NCBI GenBank assembly: GCA_035640175.1
Contig: DASQWQ010000294.1
Span: 1 to 45,243, forward strand
Direction: 5' to 3'
From: Rubrobacter sp.
GTDB taxonomy: Bacteria > Actinomycetota > Rubrobacteria > Rubrobacterales > Rubrobacteraceae
Length of the DNA stretch: 45,243 nt
Below the pieces are notes generated by a model. It was not told the origin of the DNA. It was given only the letters and a program-made list of their open reading frames with translations, and ran no database searches. Positions 1-9,678 of this stretch are shown in pieces; position 1 is the stretch's first letter, and each line of letters begins with the position of its first letter. Position numbers and translations under genes: made by a program.

Positions 1-531
1 AAGAGCTGGGAGACGAGGGTCGCGCGCTCAGCCACCTGGGCGCTGTTCAGAGTGCCCGGGACAGACCTCACTCTGCTGCACCTGAACACGCACCTCGACC
101 ACGTGAGCACCCTGGCGCGCCAGGAAGGCGGCAAGCTCGTCGTGAGTAGAACCCTGGAGATCTCCGACCACACGGGCGTCGATCTGCCAGCCATCGTCAC
201 GGGAGACTTCAACAGCCGGCCGGGTAACAGGACCCACAGGACGTTCACCGAGTCGGGCTTCGTTGACACCTACCTCGCCGCAGGCAACGAGGATGGCGAA
301 GGCGCGAACACGTTCCACGCGTTCAAGGGAGCGCGCTACCGCGATGCACACCCCCGCCGCGGGCCGCGGCGTATCGATTGGATCTTCCTGAAAGACCCCC
401 AAGGGCGACTACGGGTAAGGTCGCACAGGATAATCCACGACGCCGACGAGGGCTCAGGACTCTATCCGAGCGACCATTATCCGATCCTCGCCGATCTCAG
501 CATTTCAGCCAGTCAGCACGCTTCGGCCTAG
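1..531 (+). CDS. Endonuclease/exonuclease/phosphatase (EEP) family protein, 5'-partial
   Basis: Frame is open from base 1 (KSWETRVARSATW...). Motifs NTHLDH, TGDFN, RIDWI and YPSDHYP are typical of the EEP superfamily. The last residues (SISASQHASA) are read from the TCAGC repeat. Confidence 0.85.
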   Translation, partial: KSWETRVARSATWALFRVPGTDLTLLHLNTHLDHVSTLARQEGGKLVVSRTLEISDHTGVDLPAIVTGDFNSRPGNRTHRTFTESGFVDTYLAAGNEDGEGANTFHAFKGARYRDAHPRRGPRRIDWIFLKDPQGRLRVRSHRIIHDADEGSGLYPSDHYPILADLSISASQHASA

Positions 532-672
532 CGGCCTCCGCTTGTCAGCATGTCGGCACAGCGGCGCAGCCGCCGGTTGGCCAGGCAGCAAAGCCTCGCG
601 CACGCGAAAGCTGAAATGCTGACCTGCTGAAATGCGCGACTTGCAGAAGTTAACCTTCTGCAAGTCGCTCTA
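497..672. repeat. Modular TCAGC-octamer repeat locus A with 14-bp hairpin
   Basis: TCAGCATT/TCAGCCAG/TCAGCACG units on the left and GCTGA units on the right. Perfect stem GCGACTTGCAGAAG-TTAAC-CTTCTGCAAGTCGC at 636-668. Bases 608-638 are identical to 1973-2003. Confidence 0.85.
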
Positions 673-1548
673 CGCGGCGCCGCGTAGGACCATACCGAGC
701 TCTCCACTACCGAGCATACGCTCGGCCTCGCGCTGCAGCTGGCGGACCCGCTCGCGGGAGATCCCGAGCTCCTCGCTGAGCTTAGCGAGGGTCGCGGTGT
801 CGCGGTCGCCGAGGCCGTAGCGCCGTACCAGGACGTGCCTGTGACGCTCGGGGAGTCGCTGGATGGCCTCCTTGAGGGATCCTACCTCGATCTCCCCAAT
901 GACCGTGCCTGCCACCTCAGAGGCACGCTCGTCCTTGATCAGCTCTCCGAGCTCGGAGCCGTCGCCGTCTGAGGAGAGGGTCTGGTTGAGGCTGGTGGCG
1001 TCAGGCATCGCGCTCTTGACATCTAGCACCTCGCCGACGGTCCACTCGAGGCGTCCAGCGACCTCTTCGTCTGTGGGCTCGCGGCTCAGCTCGGTGGAGA
1101 GCTCGTTGTAAGCACGGGCCATCTTCCGGATCTTATCCCCCATGTGCACGGGGACGCGGATGGTACGGCCCTTGTCCGCCACCGCGCGCTGCACGGCCTG
1201 CCTGATCCACCAGGTGGCGTACGTCGAGAACCTCCAACCGCGGTCGGGGTCGAACTTCTCGACGGCCCGCATCAGGCCGACGTTGCCCTCCTGGATCAGG
1301 TCCTCGAATGGCAGCCCCATCCCACGATACCTCTTGGCAACGCTGACCACGAGCCTGAGGTTCTTTTCGACGAGCTTCTTGCGCGCCCGATCGTCGCCGG
1401 CCTTGGCCCTCTTGCTGAGGTCGATCTCCTCCCTGTGCGTCAGGAGATTCCCCTTGTCGATGCGCGCGAAGTACCCGGGGATGAGATCAGGGGTCTCCGC
1501 AGGCCGCTCGCTTCGCCGCCCGTCGGCTATCCCAATGGTGTCCATCAA
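670..1548 (-). CDS. RNA polymerase sigma-70 factor, RpoD/SigA-like, lacking region 1.1 (group 2-like)
   Basis: [56 protein letters not shown] and region 4 [19 protein letters not shown] upstream. Confidence 0.93.
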   Translation of the reverse strand: MMDTIGIADGRRSERPAETPDLIPGYFARIDKGNLLTHREEIDLSKRAKAGDDRARKKLVEKNLRLVVSVAKRYRGMGLPFEDLIQEGNVGLMRAVEKFDPDRGWRFSTYATWWIRQAVQRAVADKGRTIRVPVHMGDKIRKMARAYNELSTELSREPTDEEVAGRLEWTVGEVLDVKSAMPDATSLNQTLSSDGDGSELGELIKDERASEVAGTVIGEIEVGSLKEAIQRLPERHRHVLVRRYGLGDRDTATLAKLSEELGISRERVRQLQREAERMLGSGELGMVLRGAA

Positions 1549-1946
1549 AAGCCTCCTTGCTCCTATATAAACCGTCTACATCCTCAAATTTTCGCACTAC
1601 GCTCCCACTTCCGGACGCCACGGACCCAAGAGAAAAGTACCGCGCGGACGCCGCGCTTCGTTACTCGAAGTTGTATGGATGCGGGAATGCAGGCTTTTTT
1701 TAGGATCTTGCCAAACTAGTAGTCTACACATTTCGAAGCGTTTGTCAAGGTGGCTCCCTTCGGTCGCTCAGGCCCCAGGCTACAGGAGTCAGCTTTATGA
1801 TTTTCGCGGTCCGCCACCCGCAGCCAACAGCACGTGCCCCGGCCTCACCCGCGCGTTTGGGAGTATAGTATCAGGCGATGGACGAAACCGTAGAGAGTCG
1901 GGTACTGATAGCGCTGTGCATAGAGCTTATGCGCCTTACGTACGAC

Positions 1947-2038
1947 GAGCCATCAGCACGTCAGGAAACAAGAAGCTGAAATGCTGACCTGCTGAAATGC
2001 GCGGGCTGGGGAAGGATTGACCTTCCCCAACCCGCTAT
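1947..2038. repeat. TCAGC-octamer repeat locus B with hairpin
   Basis: AAGCTGAAATGCTGACCTGCTGAAATGCGCG followed by stem GCGGGCTGGGGAAGG-ATTGA-CCTTCCCCAACCCGC (2001-2035). Confidence 0.85.
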
Positions 2039-2047
2039 GAGAGGAGC

Positions 2048-2317
2048 ATGGTGCGTTACGGGTGCTTGAGCCTGGTGGTAAGGGTTGGCGTGGTGTCGGT
2101 GGCCGCGGTCCTCGCCGCGTTGAGCACGGTTCTCATCCTCTCGTTCGCCGTCTCGGCGCTTGGGCAGACTGATGGGCTCGAGAAGATCATCAATGTGCTC
2201 GTGGCCTCGGCGGCGGGGTTCGCCTTCTTCCTGGTCGGCCGCGGCATCTGGCGGGACCTGCGGCGGCGTTCGTCCACAGAACCCGAGGAAAGGCCGACCG
2301 AAGAGCGCAGGCGCTAG
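2048..2317 (+). CDS. Small membrane protein, 2 predicted TM helices
   Basis: RBS GAGGAG before the ATG, two hydrophobic stretches and a charged tail. Confidence 0.6.
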   Translation: MVRYGCLSLVVRVGVVSVAAVLAALSTVLILSFAVSALGQTDGLEKIINVLVASAAGFAFFLVGRGIWRDLRRRSSTEPEERPTEERRR

Positions 2318-2392
2318 CGGGTAGGGAGACACGCATCCCGTCCTGGGGTGACATCTATCCTGCGCCCGGATCCCAGACTAGAACGGAGTGAG

Positions 2393-3922
2393 ATGTGCGG
2401 AATTATCGGTGGATTTAGAGGCATGGACTCTGAGTCCGCCTCGCGGATGCTGGCGCGCGTCGTCCACAGGGGGCCTGACGACGAAGGGCGCATCGAGGTG
2501 GCTGGGAATGTGCTCGGCCACAGGCGGCTCTCCATCGTCGATGTAGAGGGTGGCAAGCAGCCGCTCGTTACGCCAGACGGCAATCTCTACCTGGTCGGCA
2601 ACGGTGAGGTGTACAACTACGAGGAGATCCGGGAGACCCTCGAAGACGGCGACCTGGGCACCCGCTCGGACAACGAGGTGGCACTGCGTCTGATCTCTGA
2701 GCGGGGACCCGGCGCCCTTTCGGAACTGCTCGGGATGTTCGTTTTCCTGATCGCCGGAGAGGACGGCACGTTTATCGCGGGCCGCGACCCTGTAGGCATA
2801 AAGCCTCTGTACTGGGCGCGACGCGACGGCCTCGTCCGCTTCGCCTCGGAGATGAGAGCCTTCGACGAGGACTGGCAACCCGACGTCGAGTCCTTCCCGC
2901 CGGGCCACTACTGGACCCCGGAAGGCGGCCTCGTCGAGTTCGCCGCACCCGTCCCGCCCAGAGACGAGTTGGAACACTTCGACGGGCCTGGTGAGCCGGG
3001 CGCAAAGATTCCGGATGGGATACTGGAGAAGGTCCGCGACCGTCTCATAAGGACCGTCCGGCGCCAGATGATGGGCGACGTGCCCGTTGGCGTCTTCCTC
3101 TCGGGCGGCCTCGACTCCAGCCTCGTCGCCGCCATCGCGGCCCGCTGGTACGAGGAGCGCGGCGAGAAGCTAAAGACCTTCGCCGTCGGCCTCGCCGGTT
3201 CTCCCGACCTGCTGGCCGCCCGTGTCGTCGCCGAGTACCTCGACACCGAGCACCACGAGAGTGTCTACACCGCGGAGGACGCGCTCGGGGTGTTGCCCAA
3301 GGTAGTCAAGATCATCGAGAACTTCGACCCTTCGCTGGTACGCAGCGCCGTCCCCAACTACATCCTCGCTGAGTTCACCGCCAGGCACGTCAAGGTCGTT
3401 CTGACCGGCGAGGGGGCCGATGAGATCTTCGCCGGCTACGAGTACCTCAGGGACTTCCGCACGGAGGAGGAGTTGCACGCCGAGCTCGTGCGGACTATCG
3501 AGGGGTTGCACGAGCTGAATTTGTAGAGGGCCGATCGCGTCACCATGGCCCATGGCCTCGAAGCGCGGGTACCGTTCCTGGAGCTCGACATGATCTCCCT
3601 CAGACTCTCCCTGCCTGCGGGGTGGAAGCTCGCCGGCGAGGGGCAGGAGGAAAAGAGGCTCCTCCGCCAGGCTTTCGAAGGCTGGCTCCCCGACGACTTC
3701 CTGTGGCGCAAGAAGGCCCAGTTCGGGGACGGCTCCGGGGCCGCCTCGGTCCTCAAGGCGCGTATGGAGGAGAGCGTCACCGAGGAGGAGTTCGGGCGCG
3801 AGCGGCATGAGGTTGAGCCTCCCTTGCGGACCCGCGAGGAGGTCGCCTACTATCGCATCTTCGCCGAAGACCTCGGCGAGGTCAGCCCGAAGCGGACCAT
3901 CGGACGCTTCGCCACCACGTGA
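2393..3922 (+). pseudogene. asnB: Asparagine synthase (glutamine-hydrolysing) family, interrupted by in-frame TAG at 3524-3526
   Basis: Starts MCGIIG. Motifs HRGPD, HRRLSIVD, GRDPVGIKPLY, FLSGGLDSS, TGEGADEIFAGY. Reads LNL*RADRVTMAHGLEARVPFL across the stop in one frame. Confidence 0.88.
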
Positions 3923-3973
3923 TAGCAGTTTTCGGAAGGCGTGCCTTCCGAAAACTGCGGCTTCAAGCATCAG
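3922..3973 (+). repeat. Repeat-family hairpin C (possible terminator of asnB)
   Basis: GCAGTTTTCGGAAGG-CGTG-CCTTCCGAAAACTGC (3925-3958), preceded by ATA as in loci B and G. Degenerate TCAAGCATCAG follows. Confidence 0.7.
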
Positions 3974-4130
3974 GGTTTCTCTGGGAACAGAGCTGGACCA
4001 GGAGGCGATGTATTCCTCCTTTTCCCAAACGGGTCCCGTGATTTTTTCCTCGAACGTGTGCCGGGTCCGGTTTGCGGCGGCTCGGTTCGGTCTCTAGTAT
4101 TGAGTGGGGACTCTACCGAAGGGAGCGGGC

Positions 4131-5054
4131 GTGGAGAAGTTCATCATCAGCGCGGCGATTACGGGCGGGATGACCGTGCCAGGGCAGAGCGAGGCCATTC
4201 CCATAACGCCGGATGAGATAATCGACTCCGCCGTCGGGGCGCACGAGGCCGGGGCGACCATCGTCCACCTCCACGTCCGTGAGCCGGAGACGGGGAAACC
4301 GAGCTCGGATATCGGGCTCTTCCGCGAGGTGGTCTCGGGGATCAAGGACCGGTGTGATGTGATCGTACAGCCCACCACGGGCGGCGGTAAGGGGATGACC
4401 CTGGAGGAGCGGGCCGCCGTGCTGCCCGAGCTGGAGCCCGAGATGGCTACCTTCAACACGGGCAGCTTCAACTTCGGCCTCTTCCCCATCGCAGAACGGG
4501 GCGGAGACTTCGAGGAGTGGGAGATAAACTACCTGGAAGGCACCCGCGATTACATCTTCCGCAACACCTTCGCGGACATGGAGAAGGTCTGCACCATGTT
4601 CCGCGAGGCCGGCGCGAAGCCGGAACTAGAAGCCTATGATGTCGGGCACCTCTACAACATAAAGTACCTGCTCAGCAGGGATCTGCTCGACACCCCGGTC
4701 CACATCCAGTTCGTTCTCGGCGTGATGGGTGCGAACGCGGCGACCATCGAGCAATTGATACATATGCGCCGCACGGCAACGGAGCTGTTCGGGGAGGACT
4801 ACACCTGGTCCGCGGCCGGGGTCGGTTATCCAGCCGAGTACCACCTCGCCGCGATGTGCCTGATGCTCAGCGGCCACGTGAGGGTCGGCCTGGAAGACAA
4901 CCTCCGCGTCAGCCGCGAAAAGCGTGCGGAGTCGAACGCCGAGCTCGTCGAGAAGGCCGTAGCCCTCGGCGAGCTGTTCGACCGAGAGCCTGCCACCCCG
5001 GACGAGGCGCGCGAGGCATTCAACCTCAAAGGTCGTGCCGCGGTAGCGTTCTAG
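4131..5054 (+). CDS. Beta-keto acid cleavage enzyme (BKACE / 3-keto-5-aminohexanoate cleavage, DUF849 family)
   Basis: IISAAITG, PITPDEI, GATIVHLHVR (metal HxH), TTGGG, KPELEAYDVGH, GHVRVGLEDN. GTG start chosen after the GAAGGGAG RBS. Confidence 0.92.
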   Translation: MEKFIISAAITGGMTVPGQSEAIPITPDEIIDSAVGAHEAGATIVHLHVREPETGKPSSDIGLFREVVSGIKDRCDVIVQPTTGGGKGMTLEERAAVLPELEPEMATFNTGSFNFGLFPIAERGGDFEEWEINYLEGTRDYIFRNTFADMEKVCTMFREAGAKPELEAYDVGHLYNIKYLLSRDLLDTPVHIQFVLGVMGANAATIEQLIHMRRTATELFGEDYTWSAAGVGYPAEYHLAAMCLMLSGHVRVGLEDNLRVSREKRAESNAELVEKAVALGELFDREPATPDEAREAFNLKGRAAVAF

Positions 5055-5059
5055 AACTG

Positions 5060-5190
5060 CTCGGCAGCAGGTCAGCACGCTCCACCCTTCGGGCTTCGCT
5101 TGCCAGCACTTCAGCTTGGCAGCTTTTTGTTTTCGTTTGTGTCGGATGCGCGATTTACGGTAGGTCGATACCTCTGCGAGTCGTTTTAGA
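5060..5190. repeat. TCAGC repeat locus D with long shared module
   Basis: GTCAGCACGCTCCACCCTTCGGGCTTCGCTTGCCAGCACTTCAGC resembles the reverse complement of 11880-11918. TTGTTTTCG...GTAGGTCGATA...TTTAGA resembles 27561-27641. Confidence 0.75.
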
Positions 5191-5202
5191 GAAAGGAACG
5201 TT

Positions 5203-5871
5203 GTGAAGAGAGTTTGTGTCTTTGATGTGAATGAGACCCTGCTTGACCTTGCGGCCCTCGACCCGCTCTTCGAGCGGGTCTTCGGCGACGCCTCCGTACG
5301 AAGGCTGTGGTTCAACCAGATGCTGCAGTCGGCCTTCGTGGCCACCATGACGGACGCATATACGACGTTCGGAGAGGCCGCGGGCGCTGCCCTCAGGATG
5401 ACCGAGGAGCGGCAGGGAGTGGAGATCTCTGAGGAGGACAGGCGCGAGATCCTGGGCGGGCTACGCAACCTGCCGCCGCATCCTGAAGTGCCCGACAGCC
5501 TGGACCGCCTGCGCGAGGCGGGGTTCAGGCTCGCTACGCTAACCAACTCCACGCAGGAAGTCGCCGAGGCCCAGATAGAGAATGCCGGGCTGAGCGACAG
5601 GTTCGAGCAAATCCTCTCTGCCGACACCGCGAAACGCCTCAAACCGGCGCCCGCCCCCTACAGGATGGCCGCGCAGTCACTCGGGGTCCCCGAACGCGGG
5701 ATGCGCCTGGTCGCTGCCCACGCCTGGGACGTTGCGGGGGCTCTGCGCGCGGGATGCGCAGCCGCCTTCGTCGCCAGGCAGCCCTTCGACCCGCTCGTCG
5801 AACGTCCTGATGTGGTCGGGGCAGACCTCGCCGAGGTCGCCGACGGCATCATCGCCGCCGATGCAGACTAA
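5203..5871 (+). CDS. HAD-superfamily hydrolase, haloacid dehalogenase type II-like
   Basis: FDVNETLLD motif I, TLTN, KP, and AAHAWDV motif IV. Confidence 0.9.
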   Translation: MKRVCVFDVNETLLDLAALDPLFERVFGDASVRRLWFNQMLQSAFVATMTDAYTTFGEAAGAALRMTEERQGVEISEEDRREILGGLRNLPPHPEVPDSLDRLREAGFRLATLTNSTQEVAEAQIENAGLSDRFEQILSADTAKRLKPAPAPYRMAAQSLGVPERGMRLVAAHAWDVAGALRAGCAAAFVARQPFDPLVERPDVVGADLAEVADGIIAADAD

Positions 5872-6884
5872 CTGGTCAGCGCCTGCAACTCCTCTAAGGC
5901 GTCCTGCCTGGGATGACGCTCGCCCTGTTCCATCATGTGCATGAGCTCGACGACCCGGGCGTTGAGAGGTGTTTCGACGCCGTACTCTCTGCCCCTCTGA
6001 ACAACGCCGCCGTTGATAACGTCGACCTCGGTCTTCGTTCCCCTTTCGAGGTCCTGGAGCATCGAAGCTTTGGTCGCACCGGCGTAGCCCATGGCTAATT
6101 CGAGGGCTTCGTCGGTCCTCTGGCGGTCTTCGAGGCCGCGTACGACGAGCGAATCCGCGGGGACGCCGAGGACCTCGTCCATCGTGATCCCCTGCGCCAC
6201 TCCAACGTCATAGCCCTCGCGCCAGACGGCGAGTGCGGCCTCCCTTCCTGCGGGGTCGGCGACGACCTCGCTGTAGAGCAGGCCAGAGACAGCGCCGAGG
6301 CCAGAGAAGGCGCTGTTGACGAGCAGCTTCGACCAGACCTGGCCGCTGATGTTCTCCGTGATACGCACGTCGGCCACCGTTTCGAGTACTTCGGCGAGGA
6401 GGCGGGTCCTATCCCTCGTGCTGCCTTCCGGTTCCCCGATCACGAACGGCGCCCTCGTGGTCTGCGCGAGATGGCCGGCTCCAAGGTTCGTAGCCCCCCA
6501 CTCCACCGTCCCGACGACGAGGTTCTCGTCTCCGACGATCGCAGCTATGCGGTTCTGCACGAGCCCGTTGCCTAAAGAGATGAACGTTTTTGCCAGGCCG
6601 CGCTCCATGAGGGGACCGAGGGCGGATTCGAGGTGGGACGCTTTGAGGGTAATGAGGACGAAATCGAAGGGGTCTTCGAGGTCCGAGGGGTCGGCGTGGG
6701 CATCGAGGCGCACGTGGCGCTCCTCGCCCAGTTCGTCGATCAGGAGACCAGGGTCCCGCATCCTCTCGACATGCTCTTTGTTGGCGTCGAGGACGCTTAC
6801 GCGTCGCACCCCGGCCTCCATCTTCGCCGCCGTAATGCCGCCGATGGCGCCGGCCCCGACTACGAGGACGCTGGCTTCTATCAT
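5868..6884 (-). CDS. Ketopantoate reductase (PanE/ApbA) family 2-oxoacid reductase
   Basis: Real start is the ATG at 6884, overlapping the upstream TGA. VVGAGAIGG, LGNGL, WSKLLVN, SMLQDLERGTKTEVDVING. Confidence 0.88.
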   Translation of the reverse strand: MIEASVLVVGAGAIGGITAAKMEAGVRRVSVLDANKEHVERMRDPGLLIDELGEERHVRLDAHADPSDLEDPFDFVLITLKASHLESALGPLMERGLAKTFISLGNGLVQNRIAAIVGDENLVVGTVEWGATNLGAGHLAQTTRAPFVIGEPEGSTRDRTRLLAEVLETVADVRITENISGQVWSKLLVNSAFSGLGAVSGLLYSEVVADPAGREAALAVWREGYDVGVAQGITMDEVLGVPADSLVVRGLEDRQRTDEALELAMGYAGATKASMLQDLERGTKTEVDVINGGVVQRGREYGVETPLNARVVELMHMMEQGERHPRQDALEELQALTS

Positions 6885-7867
6885 GAGGTGTCCTTTCCTG
6901 CATCGACGGGGGGCAGATCGTCTAGCAGCTCGTTGAGCGCTGCGTAGCGCCGGTCGCGCTCCAGGAGCAACCGCTCCCGCTCCTCGTTGGTGTATTCGAG
7001 GAACCCGGCACCGCTCTTGGTGCCCATGCGCCCCTCCTCGACCAGCTTCCGTAGCGATTCCGGAGCTGTGAAACGCTCGCCGAGGCCTTCCTTTAGGACA
7101 TCGAGCACGTTCTCGTACACGTCCAGCCCGGCCATGTCGGAGATCTGGAACGGACCGAAGAAGGGCAGGCGGAATCCAAAGCAACTGCGCACCACCTCGT
7201 CCACCTCCTGCGGGGAGGCGAGCCCCTCCTCGACGCACCGTACCGCCTCCAAAAACAGGGCGTTCTGGATGCGGTTGGCCACGAAGCCTGGCCCGTCGCC
7301 GACGACGGCGGGACGCTTCCCGATAGAGCGCAGGAACTCGACCAGCCGATGGACGACCTCTGGTGCGGTCGCGGCGGCGGGTATGACCTCGACGCCAGGC
7401 GTCCACTCAGGCGGGTTGAACCAGTGCATCCCGCAGAAGCCCTCGGGCCGTCCGACGAACTCCGAGAGGTCGTTGATCGGCAACGAAGACGTGTTGGAGA
7501 CGATGACAGCATCTCGCGGGGCGGCCGCCGAACAGGAGTTCAGGATCTCCTCCTTCAACCCGATGTCTTCCGGCACGGCCTCGAAGACGAGGCTCACGTC
7601 TCCTACGGCGCCAGCCACATCGTCCGCGGTCTCTACGGCCTCGACCCTTCCGAAGGCACCCTCGGCCAACAGCCCGGCATCGGCGTGTCCCCTTGCCCGC
7701 TGTACCAGCCGCCTCTTCGCCTCCCTTGTCAGCTCGGGGGTCGCATCTGCGAGGAGCACCCTGATACCGGCCGCGGCGAAACACTCGGCAACGCCCAACC
7801 CCATCGTGCCTGCCCCGATTACGGCGGCCCCCCGCGGCCAGCCCTGGTGGGATCTTCGCTCCTCCAC
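6881..7867 (-). CDS. 3-hydroxyacyl-CoA dehydrogenase family protein
   Basis: VIGAGTMG, FEAVPE, SNTSS, GMHWFNPP, PGFVANRIQ, GPFQISDMAGLD, GTKSGAGF. Confidence 0.9.
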   Translation of the reverse strand: MEERRSHQGWPRGAAVIGAGTMGLGVAECFAAAGIRVLLADATPELTREAKRRLVQRARGHADAGLLAEGAFGRVEAVETADDVAGAVGDVSLVFEAVPEDIGLKEEILNSCSAAAPRDAVIVSNTSSLPINDLSEFVGRPEGFCGMHWFNPPEWTPGVEVIPAAATAPEVVHRLVEFLRSIGKRPAVVGDGPGFVANRIQNALFLEAVRCVEEGLASPQEVDEVVRSCFGFRLPFFGPFQISDMAGLDVYENVLDVLKEGLGERFTAPESLRKLVEEGRMGTKSGAGFLEYTNEERERLLLERDRRYAALNELLDDLPPVDAGKDTS

Positions 7868-7884
7868 CCTTTACCAACTCTCTT

Positions 7885-7956
7885 TCAGCATTTCAGCTTT
7901 CGCGTGCGCAAGACCTGGCTGACTTGCTGAACGGCGGCGCAGCCGCCGTGCTGATG
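7885..7956. repeat. TCAGC repeat locus E
   Basis: TCAGCATTTCAGCTTTCGCGTGCGC...GGCTGACTTGCTGA. The same module occurs at 597-622 (reverse) and 11840-11864. Confidence 0.8.
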
Positions 7957-7973
7957 TGCCTGGCAGGGCAGCC

Positions 7974-8070
7974 GTCATGCTGCCGAACATCCCGGAAACA
8001 GTGGATGCTACTCATGCGCCCACTGTTCCGCCCGGGGCAAGTCCCCGCGCTTTAGCTGTGGGTTCATGAC
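7974..8070 (-). mobile_element. Possible IS200/IS605-type end (HEARO/IscB omegaRNA-like) remnant
   Basis: Minus strand reads GTCATGAACCCACAGCTAAAGCGCGGGGACTTG, then an internal hairpin, and closes with CATGAC. Resembles recalled IS200/605 end hairpins. No transposase nearby. Confidence 0.4.
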
Positions 8071-9353
8071 CAGTTCTCCATCGACTCGCGGATGATGTTC
8101 GCCAGGTCCTCTTCGCTGACTTCACGGGGAGCTCCAACGAGCAGCCGCTGCTGCTTCATAGCGCCTTCGACCAGGTCCTCTATGTCGTCTTCGCCGTAGC
8201 CGAGCTCGCGCACGCCTTTCGGCGCACCCACGTCTCTCATCAGCCCGATCAGGACCCCAGGCAGCGTGTTCTCGTCGGCCTTTTCTACCTTCTCGCCGGA
8301 GAGCAACTCAGCGACCCTGTGGTGCCGGTCTGGGTCTGCCTGGTATGTGAACCGGAAGGCTGCCGGCGCCGTGACGATGACGGACCAGCCGTGCGGCACG
8401 AAAGGATGGTCCTCGGGATACCCCGGCGGCTGCCACTCATGCTTGAGGCCTGCTATAGGGTAGGCGCAGGCGTGCGGGATGTGTACGCCCGCCGACCCGA
8501 AGCCCACGCCCGCAAGCGAGGCTCCCAGCATCATCGCGCCGCGCGCTTCGACGTCTTCGCCGTTCTCGACGGCGCGCCTGAGGTACTTGCCGCCGTACTC
8601 CAGCGCCCTGGCGCTCCACATATCCGCTATCGGGTTCGCCCCCTGGTAGGGCGGCCTGTCGTCGGGACTCTCCGGCTTCGGGCGGGCGTCGTAGGGTTTG
8701 GAGATGTAGGACTCGGCGGCGTGGCAGACCACGTCGAGGCCGCAGGATGAGGTGACCTCTGGCGGCAGGCTCAGCGTGAGCAGGGGATCGACGACGCCGC
8801 GGTCGGGGCGGAGGTACTGGTGTGAGATGCCGGTCTTCACCCTTTGTTCGGGGATGTCCAGGATCGCGACCGTCGTCGCCTCGGCGCCCGTGCCCGCGGT
8901 CGTAGGGATGGCGAGGAGTGGCTTCAAAGGGCCTGGAGGCTTCTTGCCTCCACCGACGGGGGCGTTGACGTAATCGAGGATCTCACCCCCGTGCGTCGCT
9001 ATGAGGCTGGAGACCTTCGCGGTGTCGATACTAGACCCGCCGCCTACGGCGACGAACCCTTCGAAGTCTCCCTCTACGGCGAAGTCTGCAGCGGCCTGGA
9101 ATGAGTCGTCCGTCGGCTCGACGCGCGAGCGGTCCCACACCTCGACCTCTACGCCTTCGGCCTCGATCAACTCCACGATGCGGCCCGTTATGTTCGCCTT
9201 CACGATGCCTGGGTCGGAGACGAGCATCACCCGTTCGACGCCCATCTGCTTCAGCTCCCAGCCAGCCTCTTCCGAGGCCCCGGGGCCGTACTTCAGCGGT
9301 GTGGCCTCCATGGTGAAGATGGTCTCGTTGTTCGACCTTGAGTCGTTATGCAT
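8064..9353 (-). CDS. Hydroxyacid-oxoacid transhydrogenase (HOT/ADHFE1-like, Fe-ADH family)
   Basis: GGGSSIDTAK, AIPTTAGTGAE, GLDVVCHAAESY, RPPYQGANPIAD and GFGSAGVHIPHACAYPI match HOT-subfamily motifs. Start is uncertain (9353 vs 9422). Confidence 0.87.
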   Translation of the reverse strand: MHNDSRSNNETIFTMEATPLKYGPGASEEAGWELKQMGVERVMLVSDPGIVKANITGRIVELIEAEGVEVEVWDRSRVEPTDDSFQAAADFAVEGDFEGFVAVGGGSSIDTAKVSSLIATHGGEILDYVNAPVGGGKKPPGPLKPLLAIPTTAGTGAEATTVAILDIPEQRVKTGISHQYLRPDRGVVDPLLTLSLPPEVTSSCGLDVVCHAAESYISKPYDARPKPESPDDRPPYQGANPIADMWSARALEYGGKYLRRAVENGEDVEARGAMMLGASLAGVGFGSAGVHIPHACAYPIAGLKHEWQPPGYPEDHPFVPHGWSVIVTAPAAFRFTYQADPDRHHRVAELLSGEKVEKADENTLPGVLIGLMRDVGAPKGVRELGYGEDDIEDLVEGAMKQQRLLVGAPREVSEEDLANIIRESMENWS

Positions 9354-9503
9354 GGTGGTGAGCTTCCTTTCCCCGCGAGCCGTGCCCGAGCATTTGGTAC
9401 CCGCTTCTTTCGGTAAATACACGTAAGGGCAGGAGCGAACGCCACGAAGACCTTCGGCGGTTTATCGACGAGACGTTGCTGGATTCGTGAGCGTCCTACC
9501 GTC

Positions 9504-9530
9504 CGTCATTCCCGCTTGCGCGGGGATCCA
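9504..9530 (+). repeat. CGTC-tagged palindromic repeat (dRS3-like)
   Basis: CGTCATTCCC-GCTTGCGC-GGGGATCCA, equal to ATTCCC-N8-GGGAAT with one mismatch. Confidence 0.55.
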
Positions 9531-9547
9531 CTGCGGCGGCAGGCGCT

Positions 9548-9634
9548 TTGAGCATTCGGCTGTAAGCGAATATAGGAAGCTGAAATGCTGACTAGCGGAG
9601 GCGAAGCCGGAGCGTGCTGACTTGCTGAAGTGCT
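9548..9634. repeat. TCAGC repeat locus F
   Basis: GCTGAAATGCTGACTAGCGGAGGCGAAGCCGGAGCGTGCTGACTTGCTGAAGTGC is similar to the reverse complement of 497-548. Confidence 0.8.
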
Positions 9635-9640
9635 CTGGTA

Positions 9641-9678
9641 TATGCCGTTAACACATAACCTTCGATTACTAGTATAAT
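9641..9678 (+). promoter_or_regulatory. Putative phaR(E)C promoter with overlapping candidate PhaQ operator
   Basis: TATAAT at 9673-9678 and TTAACA at 9648-9653 (19-bp spacer). TATGC-CGTTAAC-ACATA at 9641-9657. Confidence 0.55.

Noticed and set aside
5868-7406. 512-aa ORF as a PanE fusion protein
   Set aside because: The first approximately 174 residues are an Arg-rich shadow frame over the dehydrogenase gene. The real start is the ATG at 6884.
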